From Clostridia bacterium (lineage in GTDB: Bacteria; Bacillota; Clostridia; Christensenellales; Borkfalkiaceae), in assembly GCA_017465145.1 (NCBI GenBank), contig JAFTWU010000005.1, positions 83,394-147,393 of the forward strand: a stretch of DNA of 64,000 nt, written 5' to 3'. Below, one piece after another: positions 1 to 10,740 of this stretch (positions are counted from its first letter, which is position 1; each line of letters begins with the position of its first letter). A program made the translations under genes and the position numbers. Below the pieces are notes generated by a model, which was given only the letters and a program-made list of their open reading frames with translations, did not search any database and was not told the DNA's origin.

Positions 1-798
<798 letters not shown>

Positions 799-816
799 GG
801 CAGGGAGGTGTAGAAT

Positions 817-3800
817 ATGTTTGAACTTAACAATTTTGATTCAATCCAAATAGGTGTAGCATCACCCGAAAAAATCCGCGAATGGTCTTACGGCGAAGTT
901 ACTAAGCCCGAAACCATCAACTATAGAACTCAAAAACCCGAAATGGGCGGTCTTTTCTGCGAAAGAATTTTTGGACCGACTAAAGACTGGGAATGCCATT
1001 GTGGTAAGTATAAACGTCTTCGTTATAAAGGCGTTATCTGCGACAGATGTGGCGTAGAAGTTACTAAAAGCAAGGTTCGTCGTGACAGAATGGGTCACAT
1101 TGAACTTGCTGCTCCCGTTTCTCACATTTGGTATTTCAAGGGCGTACCTTCAAGAATAGGTCTTATGCTTGATATGAGCCCTAAGCACTTAGAACAAGTT
1201 CTTTATTTTGCTTGCCACGTAGTTGTGGACCCCGGTGTAACCCCCTTACAATATAAGCAAGTTATCACCGATAGGGAAAAGATGGAATTCGAAGAACAAT
1301 ACGGTGCAGGCTCTTTCAAAACGGGCATGGGCGCAGAAGCGATTAAAGAACTTTTAATGGCTATCGACCTTGAAAAAGAAAGTGCAGAAACTAAAAAGAT
1401 TATCGAAGAAAACGTATCTGGTCAAAAGAGAATTCGTGCGGTAAAACGTATTGAAATTATCGAATCGTTCCGTAAGAGCGGTAACCGTCCCGAATGGATG
1501 ATTTTGGACGTATTGCCCGTAATCCCACCGGAACTTCGCCCCATGGTACAATTAGACGGTGGCAGATTTGCTACTAGTGACCTTAACGACTTATACCGTC
1601 GTGTAATCAACCGTAACAACCGCTTAAAGAAATTAATGGAATTAGGCGCGCCCGAAATCATTATTAGAAACGAAAAGCGTATGTTACAAGAAGCCGTTGA
1701 CGCTCTTATCGACAACGGTCGTCGCGGTAAGGCTATATCCGGTGCAGGCAACAGAGAATTAAAGTCTTTGTCTGGTATGCTCCGTGGTAAACAAGGTCGT
1801 TTCCGTCAAAACTTATTAGGTAAGCGTGTTGACTACTCTGGCCGTTCAGTTATCGTAGTAGGTCCTGAACTTAAGTTGTATCAATGTGGTTTGCCTAAAG
1901 AAATGGCTATCGAACTCTTCAAGCCTTTCGTAATGAAAAAGCTTGTTGAAAACAACATTTGCCATAACATTAAAAACGCTAAACGTACGGTAGAACGTGC
2001 AAAGACGGTTGTTTGGGACGTATTGGAAGACGTTATTAAAGACCACCCCGTACTCCTTAACCGTGCACCTACCCTTCACAGACTATCAATTCAAGCGTTT
2101 GAACCCGTGCTTATCGAAGGCCGTGCAATTAAACTTCACCCCTTAGTATGTGGCGCGTTCAACGCCGACTTCGACGGTGACCAAATGGCAGTTCACGTTC
2201 CTTTGTCCGTTGAAGCACAAGCAGAAGCAAGATTCTTAATGCTTGCATCTAACAACATCTTAAAACTATCCGACGGTAAGCCGGTTATGAGTCCTTCTCA
2301 AGATATGGTTATGGGTTCTTACTATCTAACCATCATCCGTCGTCAAATTGGCGAAAAGTATAACGAAAAGGGCAAAAAGGATGAAAACGGCACCGTTTAC
2401 GGCGTTCCCGAATACACCGTATCTTACACTTCACCCGAAGAAGCTATTATGGCATATCAAACGGGTAAGGTTAAACTTCAAGACGAAATTATCGTTAGAC
2501 GTACCGTTACGGTTGACGGCGAAGAAGTTACCGGCAGGGTTAAAACCACCGTTGGTAAAATTATCTTCAACGACGCTATTCCCCAAACTCTTGGTTTCGT
2601 AGAAAGAAAGACTAAAGAAGACTATCTCAAATACGAAATTGACAAACGCGTTGGCAAGAAAGACTTGCAAAAAATCGTTGGCGCATGCTTTAAGCGTCAC
2701 GGTGCAAGTTGCGCTGCAGACGTTTTGGATAAGATTAAGGCTCTTGGCTTTAAGTATTCAACCGTTGGCGCAATTACTACCAGCGTATTCGATATGCATA
2801 TGCCTAAAGAAAAGCCTGCAATCTTAAAAGCGGCTGAAGAAAAGGTATTAAAAGTTGACCAACTTTACAAGAAAGGCTTTATCACCGACGACGAAAGATA
2901 TAAAAAGGTCGTTGGCGTATGGAAAAAGGCTACTGAAGACGTTGCTGAAAAGTTACAAGGCACTCTTGATGAATTCAACCCAATTCTTATGATGGCAAAT
3001 TCTGGTGCTCGTGGCTCTATTGACCAAATTAAGCAACTTGCAGGTATGCGTGGTCTTATGACCGATCCTAATGGTAAAACTATTGAAGTTCCCGTTAAGT
3101 CTTGCTTCCGTGAAGGTCTATCAGTTCTAGAATACTTTATTTCTTCACACGGTGGTCGTAAAGGTCTTGCCGATACGGCACTTAAGACGGCAGACTCTGG
3201 TTACTTAACCAGAAGGCTTGTTGACGTTTCACAAGAAGTTATCGTTAAAGAAGACGACTGTTTTGCAGAACTTGGCGAAGCCGTTAAGGGCATTAAAGTT
3301 AGCGCAATTAAGGGTAGCAAGGGCGAAGTAATCGAAGGCTTGCGCGATAGAATCGCAGGTAGATTCGTTGTATCAGACGTTATCCACCCCGCAACCGGCG
3401 AAGTTATGGTTAAGGCTAACGAAATGATTACCGAAGATATGGCTGATGAAATCGTTAAAGCCGGCATCGAAGAAGTTGAAATCCGTAGCGTATTTACCTG
3501 TCGTTCTAAGACAGGCGTATGCGCAAAATGTTACGGTAAGAATATGAGTAACAATAACCCCGTTCAAATTGGTGAAGCAGTTGGTATTATCGCTGCACAA
3601 TCAATCGGTGAACCGGGTACACAGCTTACCATGCGTACATTCCACACCGGTGGTATCGCATCAACGGGCGACATTACTCAAGGTCTTCCTAGGGTTGAAG
3701 AACTTTTCGAAGCACGTAAACCTAAGCACGCTGCAATCGTATGTGAACACAGCGGTTCAGTAACGATTGAAGAAAAAGATAAAATTATTCACGTTATCAT

Positions 3801-4422
3801 CAATACCGACGACGGCGAAGTTAAAGATATCCCCATTCCTTTCGGTACGGGCGTTATCGTTAAGACGGGCGACAGGGTAGAGCCGGGCTCAGTTTTAACT
3901 AGCGGTGCGGTATATCCTCAAGATATCTTAAAGACAAGGGGCATCAAGGGCGTTCAAGATTATATCTTGCGTGAAATTCAAAGCGTTTACCGTTCACAAG
4001 GCGTTGATATCAACGACAAACACGTTGAAATTATCGTTCGCCAAATGATGAAGAAGGTTCAAATCGAAAATCCTTATGGAACCGACCTTCTCCCCGGTGA
4101 AAAACTTGACCTTTGGAGATTTGAAGAAGAAACCAAGGCTGCACTTGAATCTGGTCAAAGACCTCCCGTTGGTAAGAGAATTCTTCTTGGTATTACCAAG
4201 GCGGCTCTCGCTAAGGAAAGTTTCTTATCAGCAGCATCCTTCCAAGAAACTGCAAGGGTACTTACCGAAGCGGCTATCAAGAACAAAATCGACCCGCTAC
4301 TCGGTCTTAAAGAAAACGTTATTATCGGTAAACTTATCCCCGCAGGTACGGGTATCAGAGATTACAAAAACGTATCTCCCCAACCTGTCGTTCAAAGAAC
4401 TATCGAAGAACCTAATCTTTAA
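817..4422 (+). CDS. rpoC: RNA polymerase beta-prime subunit
   Basis: 1201 aa. Zinc motif [23 protein letters not shown], catalytic [16 protein letters not shown] gggagg upstream. Confidence 0.98.
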   Translation: MFELNNFDSIQIGVASPEKIREWSYGEVTKPETINYRTQKPEMGGLFCERIFGPTKDWECHCGKYKRLRYKGVICDRCGVEVTKSKVRRDRMGHIELAAPVSHIWYFKGVPSRIGLMLDMSPKHLEQVLYFACHVVVDPGVTPLQYKQVITDREKMEFEEQYGAGSFKTGMGAEAIKELLMAIDLEKESAETKKIIEENVSGQKRIRAVKRIEIIESFRKSGNRPEWMILDVLPVIPPELRPMVQLDGGRFATSDLNDLYRRVINRNNRLKKLMELGAPEIIIRNEKRMLQEAVDALIDNGRRGKAISGAGNRELKSLSGMLRGKQGRFRQNLLGKRVDYSGRSVIVVGPELKLYQCGLPKEMAIELFKPFVMKKLVENNICHNIKNAKRTVERAKTVVWDVLEDVIKDHPVLLNRAPTLHRLSIQAFEPVLIEGRAIKLHPLVCGAFNADFDGDQMAVHVPLSVEAQAEARFLMLASNNILKLSDGKPVMSPSQDMVMGSYYLTIIRRQIGEKYNEKGKKDENGTVYGVPEYTVSYTSPEEAIMAYQTGKVKLQDEIIVRRTVTVDGEEVTGRVKTTVGKIIFNDAIPQTLGFVERKTKEDYLKYEIDKRVGKKDLQKIVGACFKRHGASCAADVLDKIKALGFKYSTVGAITTSVFDMHMPKEKPAILKAAEEKVLKVDQLYKKGFITDDERYKKVVGVWKKATEDVAEKLQGTLDEFNPILMMANSGARGSIDQIKQLAGMRGLMTDPNGKTIEVPVKSCFREGLSVLEYFISSHGGRKGLADTALKTADSGYLTRRLVDVSQEVIVKEDDCFAELGEAVKGIKVSAIKGSKGEVIEGLRDRIAGRFVVSDVIHPATGEVMVKANEMITEDMADEIVKAGIEEVEIRSVFTCRSKTGVCAKCYGKNMSNNNPVQIGEAVGIIAAQSIGEPGTQLTMRTFHTGGIASTGDITQGLPRVEELFEARKPKHAAIVCEHSGSVTIEEKDKIIHVIINTDDGEVKDIPIPFGTGVIVKTGDRVEPGSVLTSGAVYPQDILKTRGIKGVQDYILREIQSVYRSQGVDINDKHVEIIVRQMMKKVQIENPYGTDLLPGEKLDLWRFEEETKAALESGQRPPVGKRILLGITKAALAKESFLSAASFQETARVLTEAAIKNKIDPLLGLKENVIIGKLIPAGTGIRDYKNVSPQPVVQRTIEEPNL

Positions 4423-4635
4423 TTAAACGTTTAATCTGTGCGACTAATTTGTGCGACGTCGCAAGGTTAAAAAATAATGAATTACTAGTGATTTTAATTG
4501 ACTAATCACGGTAAAAATGGTAAAATAATACCTTGCCGGACGCGTTTCGGCAAGGTAAAAAACAAGTTATCGTAAACGGATAATTCCGAACTCCGTTTTC
4601 CGAATAAACCGAAAATTTTTAAGGAGGTGCACTAA

Positions 4636-5007
4636 ATGCCTACAATTCAACAGTTAATCAGACAGGGCAGAAAGAAAAGCATTACCAAGTCTAAATCACC
4701 TATTCTTGACGAATGTCCTCAAAAGCGCGGTGTATGCTTATCAGTAACCACTACTACCCCTAAGAAACCTAACTCAGCTCTTCGTAAGATTGCCAGAGTA
4801 AGGCTTACCAACAAGGCTGAAGGTATCGTTTATATTCCTGGTGAAGGTCATAACTTACAGGAACACAGCTCGGTACTTATCCGTGGTGGCAGGGTAAAGG
4901 ATTTGCCTGGTGTTAGATACCACATCATCCGTGGCGCATTAGATACTGCCGGTGTTGCAAAACGTCGTCAATCTAGGTCTTTATACGGCGCAAAACGCCC
5001 CAAATAA
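4636..5007 (+). CDS. rpsL: 30S ribosomal protein S12
   Basis: 123 aa, MPTIQQLIR...[10 protein letters not shown]...[16 protein letters not shown] aaggagg. Confidence 0.98.
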   Translation: MPTIQQLIRQGRKKSITKSKSPILDECPQKRGVCLSVTTTTPKKPNSALRKIARVRLTNKAEGIVYIPGEGHNLQEHSSVLIRGGRVKDLPGVRYHIIRGALDTAGVAKRRQSRSLYGAKRPK

Positions 5008-5267
5008 GATAAACGCCTAAACATTATTTAATTTAAAGCAAAAATTAAAGAACGCAAGATAACGAAAAATCGTTAAATTGCAAACAACAAAAGACACCTA
5101 CTTAAAATCGGTATAGTTCGGAAAATAGGCCCGATTTGGTAGGCAGTATGTCGAAAGACAGAAGATTTGCTACCTGATTTTCAGGCAAGTAATAGCTGTA
5201 CTAAATTAAGGGTTTACCCTTAAAAAGCGCAAAAAAATGCGCAAATTATTAAAGGAGGATTATAATT

Positions 5268-5738
5268 ATGCCAAGACGTGGCAATATTGCAAAAAGAGAC
5301 GTTTTGCCAGATCCCGTTTACAACGATAAGGTTGTTACCAAACTTATCAACCAAGTTATGTTAGACGGTAAGAAAGGCGTAGCGCAAAGCATCGTTTACG
5401 AAGCTTTCACCGTTGCAGCTGAAAAAGTTGGTCAAGACGCAAAAGAAATGTTCAATCAGGCACTTGCAAACATTATGCCTGTTGTAGAAGTTAAGGCAAG
5501 GAGAGTTGGTGGTGCTAACTATCAAGTACCTATCGAAATCCGTGCTGAAAGAAGACAAACTCTCGCTATCCGCTGGTTGGTTATTGCAGCTAGAAAGAGA
5601 GGCGAAAGAGAAATGGCTGCTCGTTTAGCTGGTGAATTAGTTGATGCTTTCAACAACACCGGTAGTGCAGTTAAGAAGAAAGAAGACACGCATAGAATGG
5701 CAGAAGCTAACAAGGCTTTCGCACATTTTAGATTTTAA
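5268..5738 (+). CDS. rpsG: 30S ribosomal protein S7
   Basis: 156 aa, MPRRG...[15 protein letters not shown]...[12 protein letters not shown] aaggagg. Confidence 0.98.
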   Translation: MPRRGNIAKRDVLPDPVYNDKVVTKLINQVMLDGKKGVAQSIVYEAFTVAAEKVGQDAKEMFNQALANIMPVVEVKARRVGGANYQVPIEIRAERRQTLAIRWLVIAARKRGEREMAARLAGELVDAFNNTGSAVKKKEDTHRMAEANKAFAHFRF

Positions 5739-5752
5739 TTTGGAGAGAAGTT

Positions 5753-7822
5753 ATGCCTAGAGATTTAGATTTAAATGTCACCAGAAATATAGGTATAATG
5801 GCGCACATCGACGCAGGTAAAACTACTACCACCGAAAGAATTTTGTTCTATACCGGTAAGCTACACAAAATGGGTGAAACCCACGATGGTGGCGCTACTA
5901 TGGACTGGATGGTTCAAGAACAAGAACGTGGTATTACCATTACTAGTGCGGCAACTACTTGTTACTGGAAAGGTCATCGCTTAAACATTATCGATACCCC
6001 CGGACACGTAGACTTTACCGTAGAAGTTGAAAGATCGCTCCGCGTATTAGACGGTGCGGTTGCAACCTTCTGTGCAAAGGGTGGTGTAGAACCCCAATCT
6101 GAAACCGTTTGGAGACAAGCTGATAAACACCGCGTTCCCCGTATTGCATACGTTAACAAGATGGATATCAACGGCGCTAACTATTTTAACGCTATTGAAA
6201 TGATGCGCGACAGGTTAAAGACCAACGCTCTCCCCATTATATTACCTATCGGTAAAGAAGATACCTTCGTAGGTATCGTAGACGTTATCACCCGTGAAGC
6301 AACTTACTATCTAGACGATTTAGGTCAAAAGACTGAAATCAAAGAAGTTCCTGCTGATATGGTTGATATGGTAGAAGAATACCGCGCACAAGTTGTTGAA
6401 CTTGCTGCAGAACAAGACGACGCTTTAATGGAAAAATACTTTGAAGAAGGCGATCTTTCTATCGACGAAATCAAAGCAGGTCTCCGTAAAGCAACCCTCG
6501 CTATGAAGGTTACCCCCGTTCTTTGCGGTTCATCTTATAAAAACAAGGGTGTACAAAACCTTTTAGATGCTATCGTAGCATATCTTCCCAGCCCCGTAGA
6601 CGTTGGCGCAGTTAAAGGCACTAACGACCGTGGCGAAGAAGTATTACGTAACCCCAGCGACGAAGAAGCGTTCAGCGGTCTTGCTTTCAAGATTATGACT
6701 GACCCCTTCGTTGGTAAACTTGCGTTCTTCCGCTCTTACTCCGGCGTGCTTAAAACCGGCTCTTACGTTTATAACAGTACTAAGGGCAAGAGAGAAAGAA
6801 TCGGTCGTATCCTTCGTATGCACGCTAACCACCGTGAAGAAGTTGAAGAAGTATACGCTGGTGAAATCTGCGCTATCGTTGGCTTAAAGGACACCACTAC
6901 CGGTGATACCCTTTGTGAAGAAGCTAAGCCCGTTATCTTAGAACAAATGGAATTCCCCGATCCCGTTATTAAGGTTGCTATCGAACCTAAGACTAAAGCT
7001 GGTCAAGAAAAGATGGGTATCGCTCTTGCAAAACTTGCAGAAGAAGATCCCACGTTCAAAGCTTATACCGATAACGAAACGGGTCAAACCATTATCGCAG
7101 GTATGGGTGAACTTCACCTTGAAATTATCGTTGACAGATTGCTACGTGAATTCCGTGTAGAAGCAAACGTTGGTAAGCCAATGGTTGCTTATAAAGAAAC
7201 CATCCGTCAAGCAGTTGAAGCTGAAGGTTTATTCAAGCGTCAATCAGGTGGTCACGGTCAATACGGTCACTGTAAAATCCGTCTTGAACCCCAAGAACCT
7301 GGTAAGGGTTATGAATTCGTTGACGAAACGGTTGGCGGTTCAATTCCTAAGGAATTTATTCAACCGGTTAACAAGGGTATTCAAGAAGCAAGTAAGAACG
7401 GTATCTTAGCAGGCTACGAAGTAGTTGACTTCAAAGTAACCGTATACGACGGTAGCTACCACGACGTTGACTCGTCAGAAATGGCGTTTAAGATTGCAGG
7501 TAGCATGGCGTTAAAAGACGGTTTAGCAAAAGCTAAGAGCGTACTTTTAGAACCGATAATGAAAGTAGAAATTCTTACCCCAGACGCTTACTTTGGTGAC
7601 CTTATGGGTAACGTTACTGCTCGTCGTGGTATCATTCAAGGTACTGAAGACAGAAACGGCATCAAGGTTATCGACGCACATATTCCGCTTGCTGAAATGT
7701 TCGGCTATGCAACCGACTTAAGAAGTAGAACTCAATGTCGTGGTAACTACACTATGCAGTTTGACCACTACGCAGAAGTTCCCAAGTCAGTAGCTGAAAA
7801 GATTATCGGTAAAAAAGCGTAA
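5753..7822 (+). CDS. fusA: Elongation factor G
   Basis: 689 aa. GTPase motifs [27 protein letters not shown]. Canonical position after rpsG. Confidence 0.98.
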   Translation: MPRDLDLNVTRNIGIMAHIDAGKTTTTERILFYTGKLHKMGETHDGGATMDWMVQEQERGITITSAATTCYWKGHRLNIIDTPGHVDFTVEVERSLRVLDGAVATFCAKGGVEPQSETVWRQADKHRVPRIAYVNKMDINGANYFNAIEMMRDRLKTNALPIILPIGKEDTFVGIVDVITREATYYLDDLGQKTEIKEVPADMVDMVEEYRAQVVELAAEQDDALMEKYFEEGDLSIDEIKAGLRKATLAMKVTPVLCGSSYKNKGVQNLLDAIVAYLPSPVDVGAVKGTNDRGEEVLRNPSDEEAFSGLAFKIMTDPFVGKLAFFRSYSGVLKTGSYVYNSTKGKRERIGRILRMHANHREEVEEVYAGEICAIVGLKDTTTGDTLCEEAKPVILEQMEFPDPVIKVAIEPKTKAGQEKMGIALAKLAEEDPTFKAYTDNETGQTIIAGMGELHLEIIVDRLLREFRVEANVGKPMVAYKETIRQAVEAEGLFKRQSGGHGQYGHCKIRLEPQEPGKGYEFVDETVGGSIPKEFIQPVNKGIQEASKNGILAGYEVVDFKVTVYDGSYHDVDSSEMAFKIAGSMALKDGLAKAKSVLLEPIMKVEILTPDAYFGDLMGNVTARRGIIQGTEDRNGIKVIDAHIPLAEMFGYATDLRSRTQCRGNYTMQFDHYAEVPKSVAEKIIGKKA

Positions 7823-7828
7823 TAAATG

Positions 7829-7857
7829 TTGACAATAGCATAAAATTATTGTAAAAT
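7829..7857 (+). promoter_or_regulatory. sigma-70-type promoter in front of tuf (TTGACA-17-TAAAAT)
   Basis: ttgaca 7829-7834, 17-nt spacer, taaaat 7852-7857. Followed by a 5'-UTR hairpin gtgtttaagggg/cccctaaaacac (~7863-7896). Confidence 0.55.
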
Positions 7858-7964
7858 ATCATTGTGTTTAAGGGGTTTTTACCCCTAAAACACACAAAAA
7901 TCAAACAAATTTATAAAAATTTATAAAAAAATATAACAATCGATTTTTTTTGGAGGAAAATCAA

Positions 7965-9182
7965 ATGGCAAAGGCTAAATTTGACAGAACTAAACCGCAC
8001 ATTAACATCGGTACTATCGGTCACGTTGACCACGGCAAGACCACCCTTACCGCTGCTATCACTATGACGATGGCTGCTAAGGGTCAAGCTCAAAAAATGA
8101 AGTATGACGAAATCGATAAGGCACCCGAAGAAAAGGCACGTGGTATTACAATTAACACTGCACACGTTGAATACCAAACCGACGCACGCCACTACGCTCA
8201 CGTTGACTGCCCCGGACACGCTGACTATGTTAAAAACATGATCACCGGTGCTGCTCAAATGGACGGCGCTATCTTAGTAGTTGCTGCTACCGACGGTCCC
8301 ATGCCCCAAACTAGAGAACACATCCTTCTTGCTCGTCAAGTAGGCGTTCCCTACATCATCGTATTTATGAACAAATGCGACCAATTAGACGACCCCGAAC
8401 TTTTGGAACTCGTTGAAATGGAAATCCGTGAACTTCTTTCTGAATACGGCTTCCCTGGCGACGAAACCCCCATCATCAAGGGTTCTGCTCTTAAAGCTCT
8501 TGAATGCGCACAAGCAAACGAAGGCGACGCTGTTACCAACGCACCTGAAACTCAATGCATTAGAGAACTTATGGACGCTGTTGACAGCTACATTCCTACT
8601 CCCGAACGTGACGAAGCTAAACCCTTCCTTCTCCCTGTAGAAGACGTATTCACCATTTCTGGTCGTGGTACCGTTGCTACTGGTAGAGTAGAACGTGGTG
8701 TTGCTCACGTTAACGATCCCGCTGAAATCGTTGGTCTTTCTGACGAATCAAAGAACACCGTTATTACCGGTCTTGAAATGTTCCGTAAACTTCTTGACGA
8801 AGCTCAAGCAGGTGACAACGTTGGTGCTCTTCTCCGTGGTATCGACAAGAGAGATATCGAACGTGGTCAAGTTATTGCTAAACCCGGTTCAGTTAAACCC
8901 CACACCGAATTCGAAGGTCAAGTTTACGTATTGAACAAGGAAGAAGGTGGTCGTCACACCCCATTCTTCAACAACTATCGTCCTCAATTCTATTTCAGAA
9001 CTACCGACGTTACCGGTTCAATCACTCTTCCTGAAGGCGTAGAAATGGTTATGCCTGGTGATAACATCAGCATGAAAGTTCAACTTATCACTCCTATCGC
9101 TATGGAAGAAGGTCTCCGTTTCGCTATCCGTGAAGGTGGCAGAACCGTAGGTTCAGGCGTTGTTGCTAAAATCATTAAGTAA
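7965..9182 (+). CDS. tuf: Elongation factor Tu
   Basis: ATG at 7965 ([12 protein letters not shown]) preceded by ggagg. [21 protein letters not shown]. The TTG start at 7950 in the ORF track lies inside the SD. Confidence 0.98.
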   Translation: MAKAKFDRTKPHINIGTIGHVDHGKTTLTAAITMTMAAKGQAQKMKYDEIDKAPEEKARGITINTAHVEYQTDARHYAHVDCPGHADYVKNMITGAAQMDGAILVVAATDGPMPQTREHILLARQVGVPYIIVFMNKCDQLDDPELLELVEMEIRELLSEYGFPGDETPIIKGSALKALECAQANEGDAVTNAPETQCIRELMDAVDSYIPTPERDEAKPFLLPVEDVFTISGRGTVATGRVERGVAHVNDPAEIVGLSDESKNTVITGLEMFRKLLDEAQAGDNVGALLRGIDKRDIERGQVIAKPGSVKPHTEFEGQVYVLNKEEGGRHTPFFNNYRPQFYFRTTDVTGSITLPEGVEMVMPGDNISMKVQLITPIAMEEGLRFAIREGGRTVGSGVVAKIIK

Positions 9183-9231
9183 TTTTAGTTAAACCGCTTG
9201 CACAGTTATAGTGCGAATTAAATAAAATATT

Positions 9232-9264
9232 AACCGCTATCAATTCGATAGCGGTTTATTTTTT
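9232..9264 (+). terminator. Rho-independent terminator after tuf
   Basis: Stem aaccgctatc/gatagcggtt, loop aattc, then tatttttt. Confidence 0.8.
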
Positions 9265-9352
9265 CAGAAAATTGCAAAGAATATTTTTAATACCGTATTG
9301 AAAAATGAAAATTTTTATGATAGACTAAATAAAAAAATTAAAGGAGATTTTT

Positions 9353-10570
9353 ATGGCACGTTTTACTTTACCACGTGATTTATACCACGGCAAAGGCTCT
9401 CTTGAAGCACTAAAGAACTTAAAAGGCACACGCGCAATGGTTTGTGTTGGCGGTGGCTCTATGAAACGCTTTGGCTTTTTAGATAGGGTTACTTCTTATC
9501 TTAAGGAAGCAGGCATGGAAGTAGAGGTATTTGAAGGAATTGAACCAGACCCTTCGGTTGATACCGTTATGCGCGGTGCTGAAGCAATGGCTAAATTTAA
9601 ACCCGACTGGATTGTTGCAATCGGCGGTGGTTCACCAATAGATGCTGCAAAGGCAATGTGGATTAAATATGAATACCCCGAAATAACCTTTGAAGAAATG
9701 TGCGTTGTTTTTGGTATTCCAGAACTTCGTAAAAAAGCACGTTTCTGTGCAATACCTTCAACTTCTGGCACAGCAACCGAAGTTACCGCTTTCTCAGTTA
9801 TTACCGACTATAAAAAAGGTATTAAATATCCGTTAGCAGACTTTGAAATAACCCCCGACGTTGCAATCGTTGACCCTGACCTTGCTGAAACAATGCCCAA
9901 GAAGCTTGTTGCACATACCGGTATGGACGCAATGACGCACGCTATTGAAGCATACGTTTCAACTGCTAATACCGAATTTACAGACCCACTTGCAATCTTT
10001 GCTATTAAGATGATTCAAAACGATTTAGTTGGCTCTTATAACGGCGATATGACCAAGCGCGCATCAATGCATAACGCACAATGCCTTGCGGGTATGGCTT
10101 TTTCTAACGCGCTTTTGGGTATAGTACACTCAATGGCACACAAAACGGGCGCTGTTTTTGAAGATTTAGGCGCGCATATTATTCACGGTGCGGCAAACGC
10201 TATGTATTTGCCAAAGGTTATCGCGTTTAACGCTAAAGATGAAACGGCTAAAAAACGTTATGGTGTTATCGCAGATTATATGGGGCTTGGCGGTGCAAAC
10301 GACGACGAAAAGGTTGCAAATCTAATTGCTTACTTACGCGGTATGAACGACGCCTTGAATATTCCACAATGCATTAAAAACTATGGCGCAGACAGTTATC
10401 CTTGTGCACAAGGTTTCGTACCTGAAGACGTATTCCTTGCAAGATTACCCGAAATTGCTAAAAATGCAGTTGCAGATGCTTGCACGGGCTCTAACCCCCG
10501 CAAGATTAACGTGGAAGAAATGGAAAAACTTCTTAAGTGTTGCTATTACGACACCGAAGTTGATTTCTAA
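9353..10570 (+). CDS. Iron-containing (group III) alcohol dehydrogenase
   Basis: 405 aa. GGGSPIDAAKAMW nucleotide motif and metal-site His blocks (HTGMDAMTHAIEAY, VHSMAHKTG, HIIHGAANA). Substrate not assignable by eye. Confidence 0.85.
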   Translation: MARFTLPRDLYHGKGSLEALKNLKGTRAMVCVGGGSMKRFGFLDRVTSYLKEAGMEVEVFEGIEPDPSVDTVMRGAEAMAKFKPDWIVAIGGGSPIDAAKAMWIKYEYPEITFEEMCVVFGIPELRKKARFCAIPSTSGTATEVTAFSVITDYKKGIKYPLADFEITPDVAIVDPDLAETMPKKLVAHTGMDAMTHAIEAYVSTANTEFTDPLAIFAIKMIQNDLVGSYNGDMTKRASMHNAQCLAGMAFSNALLGIVHSMAHKTGAVFEDLGAHIIHGAANAMYLPKVIAFNAKDETAKKRYGVIADYMGLGGANDDEKVANLIAYLRGMNDALNIPQCIKNYGADSYPCAQGFVPEDVFLARLPEIAKNAVADACTGSNPRKINVEEMEKLLKCCYYDTEVDF

Positions 10571-10607
10571 AACTAATAAAACAACGTTGATTTCTAAAAC
10601 TAATAAA
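10559..10607 (+). repeat. 22-nt perfect direct repeat (gttgatttctaaaactaataaa x2, 5-nt spacer) duplicating the 3' end and stop codon of the adh gene
   Basis: Copies at 10559-10580 and 10586-10607, read directly. Confidence 0.9.
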
Positions 10608-10614
10608 CAACGAA

Positions 10615-10644
10615 AACCGCTATCGAATCGATAGCGGTTTTTTT
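10615..10644 (+). terminator. Rho-independent terminator after adh, with the same stem as the tuf terminator
   Basis: Stem aaccgctatc/gatagcggtt, loop gaatc, then ttttt. Confidence 0.8.
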
Positions 10645-10705
10645 ATGATTGAGTAGGTGGCGCTAAACACAAGTAAAAGGTTGTTAACGCTTTGATTATT
10701 AAACT

Positions 10706-10733
10706 AAACCCGTTGCTAGTTAGCAACGGGTTT
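10706..10733. terminator. Hairpin between convergent genes (possible bidirectional terminator)
   Basis: aaacccgttgcta/tagcaacgggttt. Flanking T/A runs are weak. Confidence 0.5.
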
Positions 10734-10740
10734 TAATTTG

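Noticed and set aside
4423-4635. Possible small gene or RNA between rpoC and rpsL (hairpin ccttgccg/cggcaagg at ~4531-4556)
   Set aside because: There is no ORF of meaningful length, and a single hairpin without a clear T-run in the sense direction is insufficient evidence for a feature.
7950-7964. Upstream alternative starts offered by the ORF track (7950 tuf, 14016 hup, 18457, 20963, 21040, 34638, 43783, 51932, 59368, 52073)
   Set aside because: In each case the alternative TTG/GTG lies inside or upstream of the SD that serves a downstream ATG. The ATG also yields a canonical N-terminus: a conserved start, a lipoprotein signal or a family-typical beginning.
5361-9182. Shadow ORFs within rpsG, fusA and tuf (for example 5361-5558, 5974-6171, 7911-8258, 8385-8708)
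   Set aside because: Same reasoning as above. 7911-8258 also runs antisense through the tuf start region.
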